This document shows, one piece after another, positions 17,903 through 27,445 of a stretch of 64,000 bases of DNA (position 1 is its first letter; each line of letters starts with the position of its first letter). Position numbers and translations under genes: made by a program. Origin of the DNA: Bacteroidota bacterium (GTDB taxonomy: Bacteria > Bacteroidota > Bacteroidia > NS11-12g > UBA955); NCBI GenBank assembly GCA_025354385.1, contig JANXMZ010000055.1:8350-72349 (forward strand), given 5' to 3'. Below the pieces are notes generated by a model. The model did not search any database. It saw only the letters and a program-made list of their open reading frames with translations, and was not told the origin of the DNA.

Positions 17903-17936
17903 AAAAAAAAAGCACTCAATGGAGTGCTTTTTTTTT
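17903..17936. terminator. Bidirectional rho-independent terminator between convergent genes
   Basis: A9, then stem AGCACTC, loop AATG, stem GAGTGCT, then T9. Confidence 0.8.
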
Positions 17937-17954
17937 GTATTCAAAACTTTTAAA

Positions 17955-19187
17955 TTATAGAATGGTTTCTTTCATTTTAAATAAAATAGCTTGCTTGTTT
18001 AAAAATGCTTCCGCATATTTTCTTGCATTTATTTTAGTGGACGAATAATCTCTGGTGCATGCTTCTTGAATAGCCTTTAGCAATTGAATATTGTCTTCAG
18101 GAGGTATTACAATACCCATATGGTGATTATTGATCTCATTATAGAGACTCGTACCCTCAATCGCTGTTGCGATAACCAAACCTCCAGTGGAAAGTATGGT
18201 TGTTAGCTTACTCGGCATTACCAAATCACTCGCTTCTGCTTTTTGTAAGACTAAATGTACATCCGCCAAATTCAAAAATTCATTAAATACATTAAAATCT
18301 TGCAGCTGCAGAAATTTGAGATTGCTCACCCCCCTCTTATTGGTTATTAATTCCAGATTTTTTTTATACGGACCGTTGCCACAAATAATGAATTTAATCT
18401 TTTCGTCTGCCATACAAATGTCAGCAATATCAATCAAGGCTTCAAGGCCTTGTTTTTCACCAATACTACCTGAGTATAATACTATTTTATCTGTTGCTTT
18501 ATATCCCCAATTTATTTTTATATCGCTTTTATTTTCCAATGGAAAAAATTTAGCCGTATCTACCCAGTTTGGAAAATTAAGTATGCTTCTTTCCGACTTA
18601 TTTTTTATTTTTAAAATCATTCCATTAGAAATTGAACTAATCGTATCTACCCGTTTTAAAATAAATTTTTCTAGCGAAAAAAGCATCTTAAATACAAATT
18701 TGGAATCAACCACTTTTAAGTCTCTAGCTGCCTCAATTTGTAAGTCTTGTATATGATAATTAATCTTACCTCCCTTAAATAAACGGTAAAACAGGGCTAA
18801 GAAACCTAAATGAAATGGAGGTGCAATACAAAATATATGGCTATGTTTTTTCGAAAATAGCAATGCAATAGTTTTAAATAGAGCTGCATTAAAAAAACTT
18901 GCCTCGTGTATTATGCGCTTTAAACCACTTGGCATAACTGGTACATATAATGGACACCTATGAACGATAATTTTACCATCTTTATAATGTTCTGTTTTAT
19001 AAAAATTTCCCGAATACGGTATCTGAACTTTCCAGTTTGGATAATAAGGGAAAGATGTAATGACTGTGCACTCATAACCATTCTCAGCCAGCCATTCAAC
19101 CATTTCTCCTGTATATTTTCCAATACCAGTTAATTCAGGTGAATAATTAATGCCTATTATAAGTATCTTGTTGTTTTGTATTTTCAA
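17955..19187 (-). CDS. Glycosyltransferase, WcaI-like (GT4)
   Basis: N-terminus KILIIGINYSPELTGIGKYTGEMVEWLAENGYECTVITSFPYYPNWKV is the WcaI-family signature. The start is TTG, with no nearby in-frame ATG. Confidence 0.85.
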   Translation of the reverse strand: MKIQNNKILIIGINYSPELTGIGKYTGEMVEWLAENGYECTVITSFPYYPNWKVQIPYSGNFYKTEHYKDGKIIVHRCPLYVPVMPSGLKRIIHEASFFNAALFKTIALLFSKKHSHIFCIAPPFHLGFLALFYRLFKGGKINYHIQDLQIEAARDLKVVDSKFVFKMLFSLEKFILKRVDTISSISNGMILKIKNKSERSILNFPNWVDTAKFFPLENKSDIKINWGYKATDKIVLYSGSIGEKQGLEALIDIADICMADEKIKFIICGNGPYKKNLELITNKRGVSNLKFLQLQDFNVFNEFLNLADVHLVLQKAEASDLVMPSKLTTILSTGGLVIATAIEGTSLYNEINNHHMGIVIPPEDNIQLLKAIQEACTRDYSSTKINARKYAEAFLNKQAILFKMKETIL

Positions 19188-19214
19188 AGAGAAATAGTTT
19201 AATTTAAAATCGTT

Positions 19215-20042
19215 TTATTTATTTTCACTTTCTTTAATTTTGCAATAGATGGTTGTAAAATAAGACATTTTTAACATCGCAAAAGCAAAACCTCTTGCGC
19301 CATCTCTAAAACCTCCTAGAAATATAAAACTACCCATAAAAAAGAAAGGGCCTATCCATACACTTCTCATTAATTTGTATTTTAACTTTTGTTTCCAAGT
19401 CCATTTTGATACTATATCAGGAGAATTGATTAGTTTTAAAAATCTGGCAGCTTCCCAAGCAGCATACTCATTATGCTTATTCATATAGTGTGTTACCCCC
19501 CTGAAATCTTGATGATCAATCTTGCTTTTAATTTTGCCAATAGGTCCATTTAAAACTGGATGTTCATGAATTTCCATATCTAGTTTGCTCCATTGATTCT
19601 CATCTATTTTTTCATATTCACCTGCACCTACTTTAAACAAAGCCAATTTATTTAAAGGGTAACCTCCTTTTAGCTTCTTACCCATAAAATAAATTGTATA
19701 ATTTAGCCAAAAACCAATAATATCCTCCGATTTTTCTAGAGCCATGCTTAACTCTGATTTAAATTCTGACGTTAAATATTCATCGGCATCTAAAAACATG
19801 ACCCATTTAGTTTTTAATGGTTGGTTTCGCAAAAACCAATTTCTTTTTTTGGGAAACTTCCCATCCCATTTAAAATCTATAAATTCAGCTCCATTCTCTA
19901 TTGCAATTTGCTTTGTTTGGTCTGTACTTCCAGAATCAATAACAACAATATGGGCCGCAAAATTTTTACCAATAGCCGCAAAGCAACCAGATAAGTTCTT
20001 CTCCTCGTTGAGGACAGGAATGGCAATTGTTAAATCTAACAT
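19215..20042 (-). CDS. Glycosyltransferase family 2
   Basis: IAIPVLNEEKNL...VVIDSGSTDQT...FLDADE (DxD); C-terminal hydrophobic segment. Confidence 0.8.
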   Translation of the reverse strand: MLDLTIAIPVLNEEKNLSGCFAAIGKNFAAHIVVIDSGSTDQTKQIAIENGAEFIDFKWDGKFPKKRNWFLRNQPLKTKWVMFLDADEYLTSEFKSELSMALEKSEDIIGFWLNYTIYFMGKKLKGGYPLNKLALFKVGAGEYEKIDENQWSKLDMEIHEHPVLNGPIGKIKSKIDHQDFRGVTHYMNKHNEYAAWEAARFLKLINSPDIVSKWTWKQKLKYKLMRSVWIGPFFFMGSFIFLGGFRDGARGFAFAMLKMSYFTTIYCKIKESENK

Positions 20043-20045
20043 TAA

Positions 20046-20597
20046 TTAATCTTCAAATAATATTGTTCTTTTTTTCAATGGCGTACATGGATTACCAGAA
20101 CAAACCATCCAATCTGGCATGTGCTTACTTACTACAGCGCGCGCACCAATTACGCAGCCGGTTCCAATTTTTATTCCAGGATGAATAAATGCTTCGGTAG
20201 CAACCCAAGCATAATTGCCAATTGTTATTGGCTTTGTTATCAATATAAATCCCTTTGTATTGTAATCGTGGGTACCAGCGCATAAATGAGCTCCTTGCGA
20301 AATAACCGCTTTCTTGCCTATCGTTATTTTATCTTGAGAATATAGTATTGCTCCGTTCGCTATTCCGCACTCATCAGCAAGTTCAAGATTCCAAGGTGCC
20401 CATATTTTTACTTTGGGATACACATGAACCTTCTTTCCAACTTTTGCACCAAAACATCTTAGAATAAATGATCGCCATTCGTGAAAGGGTTTAGGTGAAT
20501 AGGTAAATAAAAAGAAAGATGTTATGTCCCAAATTAAACGACCTACTCTATTAGAAAGTGAAAAAGATGGACCACTATGAGTATCCTGATTATGCAT
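20046..20597 (-). CDS. Hexapeptide-repeat acetyltransferase (WcaF-like)
   Basis: 183 aa. Left-handed beta-helix repeats (IGNYAWVATEAFIHPGIKIGTGCVIGARAVV). The N-terminus resembles colanic-acid WcaF. Confidence 0.8.
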   Translation of the reverse strand: MHNQDTHSGPSFSLSNRVGRLIWDITSFFLFTYSPKPFHEWRSFILRCFGAKVGKKVHVYPKVKIWAPWNLELADECGIANGAILYSQDKITIGKKAVISQGAHLCAGTHDYNTKGFILITKPITIGNYAWVATEAFIHPGIKIGTGCVIGARAVVSKHMPDWMVCSGNPCTPLKKRTILFED

Positions 20598-20610
20598 AAA
20601 TTTTGTTTAA

Positions 20611-21795
20611 TTACGAAATTGCTTTTAAAAAACTGTTGGCAGCAGAATGGATGGTAAAATACTTTTTAAATGTTTGAAAAGCATTTGATGCCATTTTTTC
20701 TTTTTCAGTTGTGGATTGTTCTATCCAATTTGTAATAAGGTCTGAAACTCCATTATAGTTATCTTCTGAAACAAATCCTGCTTCAGACAATTCTATTTCT
20801 TTAAAAATATTAACTTGATTAGAAATTAGCACCGGTTTGCCACATGCCAATGCTTCTGCAACTGCAATTCCAAAATTTTCTTGATGGCTCGGAAGAATAA
20901 AAGCTTCTGAACCGTAAAATGCCCCCCATTTAATATCACCACTCAACATTCCAGGGAAAATAATTTTACTATTTAAAACTTCATTACTATTTACTATTTT
21001 ATTCATTGCTTGTCCATATTCAGTTTCGATACCAGGACCTGCAATGACCAACATGGGCACCAAATTAGGATTCATGGTCTCCAAAATATTTTTATAGACA
21101 TTAATCAGGATATCTACCCCCTTTTTGGGATGAATTCTACTTAAAAATAGTAAATATGGTTGACCAATTAACTTTGGACATTTATTCAATAACAATGATT
21201 TCATCCCTTCTTTTAAATCAGGAGGTGTTTCTATGCCATAACCAGCATTTAATTCCTTTTTAGGATGATATGGTTTGAATGTATTTCTGGCTAATAATAA
21301 TTCCGCTTGACATGTAAACAAGACTCCATTGGATGCATTTATCAATTTAGATTCAATAAACTTCCAATATAAAACATTTCTAATAGCCTTTAATTTTCTC
21401 CCTTCTGCAACTTGAAAGTACGGATCGAGCATACCATGTGGCATCACATAATATCGAGGTGTTTTTTGTCCTTTTATTTTAAGTTTATTGATTGCCTTGC
21501 GGACAGCATACCCATGATATTGCCATAGTCCATGCACAATAACAACATCAAAACGATTCAAATTAAATAATAACCATTTTAATAATTCTTTATTGTAACA
21601 CCACGAGGTTTTGGAGGGGCCAAGAGCATTGATAATGAAAGTATCTTGCTTAAGAAAATTTTCCATTGGGTGATCCAAACAAACCACTTCATTATAAATA
21701 CCCATAGTATTTAATTCAGGAATTGCATTGCGTATTCCTTGACATGGGCCACCACTATCTGGATTCATACTAGAAATGACACGCAAAATTTTCAT
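20611..21795 (-). CDS. Glycosyltransferase family 4
   Basis: ENFGIAVAEALACGKPVL (EX7E region). I prefer the ATG at 21795 (MKILRVISSMNPDSGG) over the track's TTG at 21837, which would overlap the upstream gene by 20 nt. Confidence 0.8.
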   Translation of the reverse strand: MKILRVISSMNPDSGGPCQGIRNAIPELNTMGIYNEVVCLDHPMENFLKQDTFIINALGPSKTSWCYNKELLKWLLFNLNRFDVVIVHGLWQYHGYAVRKAINKLKIKGQKTPRYYVMPHGMLDPYFQVAEGRKLKAIRNVLYWKFIESKLINASNGVLFTCQAELLLARNTFKPYHPKKELNAGYGIETPPDLKEGMKSLLLNKCPKLIGQPYLLFLSRIHPKKGVDILINVYKNILETMNPNLVPMLVIAGPGIETEYGQAMNKIVNSNEVLNSKIIFPGMLSGDIKWGAFYGSEAFILPSHQENFGIAVAEALACGKPVLISNQVNIFKEIELSEAGFVSEDNYNGVSDLITNWIEQSTTEKEKMASNAFQTFKKYFTIHSAANSFLKAIS

Positions 21796-21817
21796 TTTTA
21801 TAACAAGTAAATAGTGA

Positions 21818-23668
21818 TTAAAAATTGTTCTTCTCAAGCCATTTCTCGAGAATTACAAATGACCAAACGTGCATCCAAGTGATGGTATTATCATATTCTA
21901 AAAACCTTTTCCAAATATTGTTTAAATTCTTTTCATTTAATAAATCTCTTTTTGAAAGTTTTGTGATGGCCTCCTCACAAAATGATTTTAATTCACCCCT
22001 TAACCAATAATCCCATGGAAACGAAAATCCCTTTTTGGGTCTATTCACAATTTCTTCCGGCAATAATTCTCCCATTGCATCTACCAAAAGACTCTTTGGT
22101 GATTTGCCTGAATTCTTCATCTCATCTGGAACAGTTAAAATAAACTCAATCAATTTGTAATCGAAGAACGGCTCTCTAACTTCCAAAGCCCAAGCCATGC
22201 TCATTTGATCGGTATCTTTCAATAATACATCCAATGTATAATTTGTTAACTCTGCAATAGAGTATTGACCATAAAGTGGAAAATCTTGCACTTCTTTTTT
22301 ATCCAAATCTTTCCAATTAATGATAGGCACTATTCTTTTGCCATCAAATAATTTACCTAACTCATCTTTTAGAAATATACTTCTACTATTTGCATAAAAT
22401 GATTTTATTCCTTCTCCTTCTATATCTTGGAAATCTTTTATCTTTGAGATTATTCTACTACTTACTAATGGTTTAACTATACGTATTAAGAATTTTGAGA
22501 AAGGATTTCTAATCAGAAATTTGATCTTATTATAATCTTTCCATCTCTTAAAATTTCTATATCCTGCAAATAATTCATCGCCACCAATCCCAGTAAGAAC
22601 AACCTTGATTCCAGTTTTGGCTACCATTTTAGAAACAATGTATGTATTAATTCCATCTACAGTTGGGCTATCCATATTTGAAATAAAATCAGGTAATTCC
22701 AATAGAAGATCATCTGCTTTTAACTTAAATTCAGTATGCTTTGTTTTATATTTTTCTGCAATCCTCCGAGAATATTCCGATTCATCGAATTCTTTTTCGT
22801 CGAAAACAATAGAGAATGTTTCAATAGGTTGAGCGCTGTTTTTAGCCATTAAAGCTACTACTGCAGAAGAATCAATTCCACCTGAGAGAAAAGCACCAAC
22901 TTTTACATCAGACACCATCCTGTTTTTTATTGATGCTTCAAATAAGTATCTCGTTTTTTCCTTTACAGAATTATAGTTTAAGTTTTGAATACCCTCATTT
23001 TTAATATCAGAAATTGACCAATAAAGGGATTTGGTCAAAATTTTATTATTGTAAACGGCACATTCTCCCGGACATAATTGATGTAAATTTTCGATCATTG
23101 TTCTGGGTGTCTTTACAACAAGATTGCCAAAATATTGATGCAAAGAGATCTGATCTATTTTCTTCTCAATTAATCCTGAACTCATCACACTTCTAATTTC
23201 GGAACCAAAAACTAAAACTTTGTCATCCACATAATAATAAAAAGGTTTAACACCAATGCGATCCCTCGCGATAAAAAGTTCCTCATTTTTTTTATCCCAA
23301 ATTGCGAAGGCAAACATCCCATTTAGATGATCTAAACATTTTTTACCCCATTGAATATAGGCTGCTAAAATCACCTCTGTATCTGAGTGTGTCTTCCAAT
23401 TATATTCTAGTAAAGGTTTTACTTCCTGATAATTATAAATCTCGCCATTGAAAACAATTACATAATTACTATCTTGTGAGTAAAAGGGCTGATTGGCACC
23501 ATTACTTAAATCAATAATGGATAACCGGGTGTGCCCAAGAGCAATCCCCACATCAACGAAAGCACCTTCTGAATCGGGCCCGCGATGACTGATTCCTTCA
23601 ATCATTTTCTGAATCAAGGAACTTCCCATATCAACATTTAAACCAACTATACCTGCAATTCCGCACAT
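21818..23668 (-). CDS. Asparagine synthase (glutamine-hydrolysing)-like amidotransferase
   Basis: MCGIAG N-terminal nucleophile Cys2, HRGPD, SGGIDSS PP-loop, 616 aa. Confidence 0.9.
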   Translation of the reverse strand: MCGIAGIVGLNVDMGSSLIQKMIEGISHRGPDSEGAFVDVGIALGHTRLSIIDLSNGANQPFYSQDSNYVIVFNGEIYNYQEVKPLLEYNWKTHSDTEVILAAYIQWGKKCLDHLNGMFAFAIWDKKNEELFIARDRIGVKPFYYYVDDKVLVFGSEIRSVMSSGLIEKKIDQISLHQYFGNLVVKTPRTMIENLHQLCPGECAVYNNKILTKSLYWSISDIKNEGIQNLNYNSVKEKTRYLFEASIKNRMVSDVKVGAFLSGGIDSSAVVALMAKNSAQPIETFSIVFDEKEFDESEYSRRIAEKYKTKHTEFKLKADDLLLELPDFISNMDSPTVDGINTYIVSKMVAKTGIKVVLTGIGGDELFAGYRNFKRWKDYNKIKFLIRNPFSKFLIRIVKPLVSSRIISKIKDFQDIEGEGIKSFYANSRSIFLKDELGKLFDGKRIVPIINWKDLDKKEVQDFPLYGQYSIAELTNYTLDVLLKDTDQMSMAWALEVREPFFDYKLIEFILTVPDEMKNSGKSPKSLLVDAMGELLPEEIVNRPKKGFSFPWDYWLRGELKSFCEEAITKLSKRDLLNEKNLNNIWKRFLEYDNTITWMHVWSFVILEKWLEKNNF

Positions 23669-23696
23669 TTCTTGTTTATTATTTTATTATTTTAAA

Positions 23697-24860
23697 TTAT
23701 TCAACGATTATCTTTTTATAAATATTCTCAATTCTATCAAGATTTAACTGAAGATCAAATCGCTTAATATTTTCGAAATCCTTGGATGAAATATTATTTA
23801 ATTCTAAATTAGATAGGTTTAGAATTTCATTGATTTTATTAGCTCCATGTAATCTCCACTGAATTGCTTCTTTTTCATTATATGGTCTTCTAGGTATATA
23901 AAAAGCTGCTTCTCCGCCAACCTCTGTCATTGGTTTTTCATTGGTAGTTAAAACAGGGACACCGGCTACCATGGCCTCTGCAATTGGCCAACCAAAACCT
24001 TCCTCCAAAGATGGAAATAAGAAAAGAGAGGCGCCATTATATGCTAGATTAAGTATTTTAATATCTAATTTACTTTTTATGATGATATCTTTTTTGTAGT
24101 CAGAATTATTAATCATGGTTTCAATTTGCGTATTAGCAGGTTCGCCAATTAAAAGCAAGGGTAAATTATTAGTTCCTAAAGCACGCCATGACTCGTAAAT
24201 CTCAATTACTCCTTTTCTGTTCTTATACCATAAATTTCCTCCTACGTGTAATATAAAACCTTGTGCTAGGTTAGAATTTAATTTATTAGCTAATTCTGTT
24301 CTTGCTAGTTCCTTATTTACAAAATGAAATTCAGAATTAATTCCGTTGTAAACAACTTCAGAAATTAAAGGTTTAGTTAAAAGTACATTTTCCAAATCTT
24401 CTCTTGTTCTTTCTGAAACAGAAATATAATTTGAACCTATTAGATAACCTTTGCGTATAAATTTTTGGTATAATTTTCCAGTCCAGCTAATTCTATTCTC
24501 CTCAATTTTTCCCAGTCCTGATTTTTGCGCCATAAAATCGTGACAATGTATAACATTCGGCAAATGACTAACCAATGGCACCCATGGTCCAAGTGCATTA
24601 TCAATAAAAACATAAAGTGTATTTTTTGGAGAACTTTTTATTTTTTTCTTTACTTCTATTGGAAACAGAATAAATTGATCCATGTAACCCGCCCATTTTT
24701 TTAAGAATTTTGGCATTGGCCAATTAAAAATTCGGGCTTTTGGTTGCCAAATATCAACTTCATGCCCTTTTAATTTCATGCCATTGGCTAGCATTAAAGT
24801 ATACTGCTGCATACTTTGAGAATTAAAAAAATCGGGATGGTTAAAAAAAATAATATTCAA
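23697..24860 (-). CDS. Glycosyltransferase family 4
   Basis: LFPSLEEGFGWPIAEAMVAGVPVL. The TTG start lies 1 nt after the upstream stop. Confidence 0.8.
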   Translation of the reverse strand: MNIIFFNHPDFFNSQSMQQYTLMLANGMKLKGHEVDIWQPKARIFNWPMPKFLKKWAGYMDQFILFPIEVKKKIKSSPKNTLYVFIDNALGPWVPLVSHLPNVIHCHDFMAQKSGLGKIEENRISWTGKLYQKFIRKGYLIGSNYISVSERTREDLENVLLTKPLISEVVYNGINSEFHFVNKELARTELANKLNSNLAQGFILHVGGNLWYKNRKGVIEIYESWRALGTNNLPLLLIGEPANTQIETMINNSDYKKDIIIKSKLDIKILNLAYNGASLFLFPSLEEGFGWPIAEAMVAGVPVLTTNEKPMTEVGGEAAFYIPRRPYNEKEAIQWRLHGANKINEILNLSNLELNNISSKDFENIKRFDLQLNLDRIENIYKKIIVE

Positions 24861-24861
24861 G

Positions 24862-26031
24862 CTATGCTATCGTTAATCGTTTTAAATTGGTTGAAATTGT
24901 GCTGTAACTGTATTCGTTTAATATATCTTCAGGCTTTGTCTGATGTGTTAGTTTATTATTTATCAGAACATTTTTTAAAGCATCCGATAATTGGTCAATA
25001 TTTCCTGTTTTAAAAACAAATCCATTGTCTCCTTCAATAATTAAATCTGTAGCGCTTCCCGGTAAATCAGATAGGATAACCGGTAATCCAAAATTCATGG
25101 CCTCATTGACCGATAGACCCCAAGTTTCCCCTATTTCGGAACACATTACGAAGAGATTCGAAATTGCATAAAACTCGGACACCTTGGATTGATTTACAAA
25201 ACCAGTTAGCAATACATTTTTCAATTTATTCTCTTGAATAAAATCTTCAATATTACTTCTGAGTTCCCCCTCACCAAGCATAACCAGCCATGTTTTATCA
25301 CTATTTAGATTCTTAAAGGCATTTAATAAATCCATGGGTCTTTTCTTTTCCATGTATTTCCCTGAATACAAAATAACTTTAGCTTCCAATGGAATCCCCA
25401 AGCGTTTTCTAATATTACTTAACTCAGGCATTAATTCCTTACATTCTTTTCTAAATCTAGTATTGTCAACAGAATAAGGGCAAAAAATTAATTTATTTTC
25501 TTTTATTCCAAAACTCTTATAAAAATACTTATTCTGAGTGCCAATGTATAAAAAGTTACTTATTCTAGGAAAGATGATTGTCTTTAATCCCCAATTTTTA
25601 AGTTTTTGTTTCCAACCAGTTTTTAATAATTCTTGATTTTGTGGCATCTCGCATCTTAGGCAAATTGTATGGCCTAATAATTTTCCTAACATAATAACCA
25701 TAAAATGCGTGAAATAATTCCAACCATGTACAACAATTACAGATTTTTGGATTTTAAAAAGTTGTTTGATGATGCCTAAATTAATAAGTCCAAAAAAACC
25801 CGTTCCTTGAGATGGTTTCCAAGAATAATTTTTAAAGAATTGATATTGATACCCGTTCAATAAAGGTATATCCCATTTCACGTCTACACCAAATTGTTTA
25901 TCTAAAGCGCCACGAATAGATTCATCTGAGCAATACCAAGCCTTAGTAACAACTCCATCATCATTCATAAATTTATAGAGCGGTGCAAAATATTGAATCG
26001 GATGTGAGTTAAGAAAAATAATTTCTTTCAT
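24862..26031 (-). CDS. Glycosyltransferase family 4
   Basis: GETWGLSVNEAMNFGLPVILSDLPGSATDLIIEGDNGFVF. Confidence 0.8.
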   Translation of the reverse strand: MKEIIFLNSHPIQYFAPLYKFMNDDGVVTKAWYCSDESIRGALDKQFGVDVKWDIPLLNGYQYQFFKNYSWKPSQGTGFFGLINLGIIKQLFKIQKSVIVVHGWNYFTHFMVIMLGKLLGHTICLRCEMPQNQELLKTGWKQKLKNWGLKTIIFPRISNFLYIGTQNKYFYKSFGIKENKLIFCPYSVDNTRFRKECKELMPELSNIRKRLGIPLEAKVILYSGKYMEKKRPMDLLNAFKNLNSDKTWLVMLGEGELRSNIEDFIQENKLKNVLLTGFVNQSKVSEFYAISNLFVMCSEIGETWGLSVNEAMNFGLPVILSDLPGSATDLIIEGDNGFVFKTGNIDQLSDALKNVLINNKLTHQTKPEDILNEYSYSTISTNLKRLTIA

Positions 26032-26063
26032 TAAAAATTCCTTCTGGTTTTGTTAAATAATAG

Positions 26064-27440
26064 TCAACTTTGTTGACCTTTTTGAATTGGTAATTCTTTT
26101 CTGAATGATGCTAACCATAATCCTCCTACTAATGCACAAAAACCTAATGCTGTGGGTTGATGCCATTGGCCTTGGGTAACTACTATTAAACCCAAACTGG
26201 CTATTAACCATGGTAAAATATCGTTAGATGATATTCTTTTATAGCTAGATAAACCTAATTTAACTGCCAACCCAAAACGAATAAAAACTACAAATAATCC
26301 TATCAATCCCATCTCTCCTATTTCTCTCATCCATTCATAATCCGCTGCTAATAAAACTGAATTATTTCTTGTAAGTTGAGCCCCCAAAGTTGTACCGATA
26401 CCTATACCTGCTCCAAAAAACGACTTATCTCCAGAGCCAATAATTGCTTTTACTAATTGCCCTAAAAATCTTTCACCTAAAACACCTTCAACCAATCCAC
26501 CTTCTGTTTCGTTGGCACCCTCAAAACGATCCGTAAAGGCTTCGGTGGCTGTTTTAAAAAAACTAACATTGCTAAAAACCTTCAATACTAGAATTATCAA
26601 TATTGCTGAAAATATTATTCTAAAGAGATATTTAGGTTTTTTAATTACGGCTATTAGAAGGAACAATACCGAAACACCAACTTGAAGTGAAAGTCCACGG
26701 CTTATTGAAAGTGGAATGGCCACCACTAATGCAATAGTTGAGGCAATCAAAAGTCTTCTATTAATCTTATTTGGGTTCACCCAAAAAAATAAAATAAATG
26801 GTGCAACTAAACTATAAAAACAGGTAGTGCCATTGGTGAATGAAAAGAAACCTGGTGGCCTGAAATAGCCCAGAGCACCTCCAAAACCAGCACCTGCCTC
26901 ATCACCACCAACACCTCTGTTCACCCATGCGGATTGAGGACTGTAGAATTGTAATCCAATTAATACTGTCATGACGATTGAAATTGCTAATAACATTCTG
27001 CCCATTCTCAAAACATCATCTTGATTAAAAATTCTCCCCATTACAAAAATCATAGGAAAATATAACAAAAGAGTTCTGGCACCATATAAGGCAACAAATA
27101 CATTTCCATGTCCAAAAAAGAGAGCCATAAGAAAGCTAAACCCTCCTATAATGGTCATTCCAGTTAAATAAATATTATATTTTAATAATCCCTTTTTATT
27201 GGCTTTAATAATTAACCAAAGTACTATAGGATCGCGAATAATTAATAATGGCATAGAAAGGAATGGCAAAAACCATTTCCTTAAAGCTCCTTCAAATATC
27301 CAAAGTAAAAAGAATAACCAAATACCAATTTTCAATTCATAATTAGGATCGCTTGGTGAAGCTAAATTATACTTTTCCCAAAAACCTTTTTTTCTAATTA
27401 AAGGTTGATTAATAATATTTGTATGAATTGAATGATCCAA
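26064..27440 (-). CDS. O-antigen polymerase/ligase-like (Wzy-type) integral membrane protein
   Basis: 458 aa, ~10 or more hydrophobic helices with a large loop. Its position is inside a Wzx/Wzc locus. TTG start. Confidence 0.6.
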   Translation of the reverse strand: MDHSIHTNIINQPLIRKKGFWEKYNLASPSDPNYELKIGIWLFFLLWIFEGALRKWFLPFLSMPLLIIRDPIVLWLIIKANKKGLLKYNIYLTGMTIIGGFSFLMALFFGHGNVFVALYGARTLLLYFPMIFVMGRIFNQDDVLRMGRMLLAISIVMTVLIGLQFYSPQSAWVNRGVGGDEAGAGFGGALGYFRPPGFFSFTNGTTCFYSLVAPFILFFWVNPNKINRRLLIASTIALVVAIPLSISRGLSLQVGVSVLFLLIAVIKKPKYLFRIIFSAILIILVLKVFSNVSFFKTATEAFTDRFEGANETEGGLVEGVLGERFLGQLVKAIIGSGDKSFFGAGIGIGTTLGAQLTRNNSVLLAADYEWMREIGEMGLIGLFVVFIRFGLAVKLGLSSYKRISSNDILPWLIASLGLIVVTQGQWHQPTALGFCALVGGLWLASFRKELPIQKGQQS

Positions 27441-27445
27441 TTAAA

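Noticed and set aside
18187-18756. 189-aa plus-strand ORF antisense to the WcaI-like gene
   Set aside because: It lies wholly inside a well-supported GT4 gene. Its Ser/Leu/Phe-rich translation has no recognisable features.
24843-24850. Homopolymer A8/T8 tracts near 5' ends of polysaccharide genes as slipped-strand phase-variation switches (also 33224, 34003, 37079)
   Set aside because: Tracts of 7-9 nt occur throughout this AT-rich window, in both coding and non-coding DNA. Nothing distinguishes these particular tracts.
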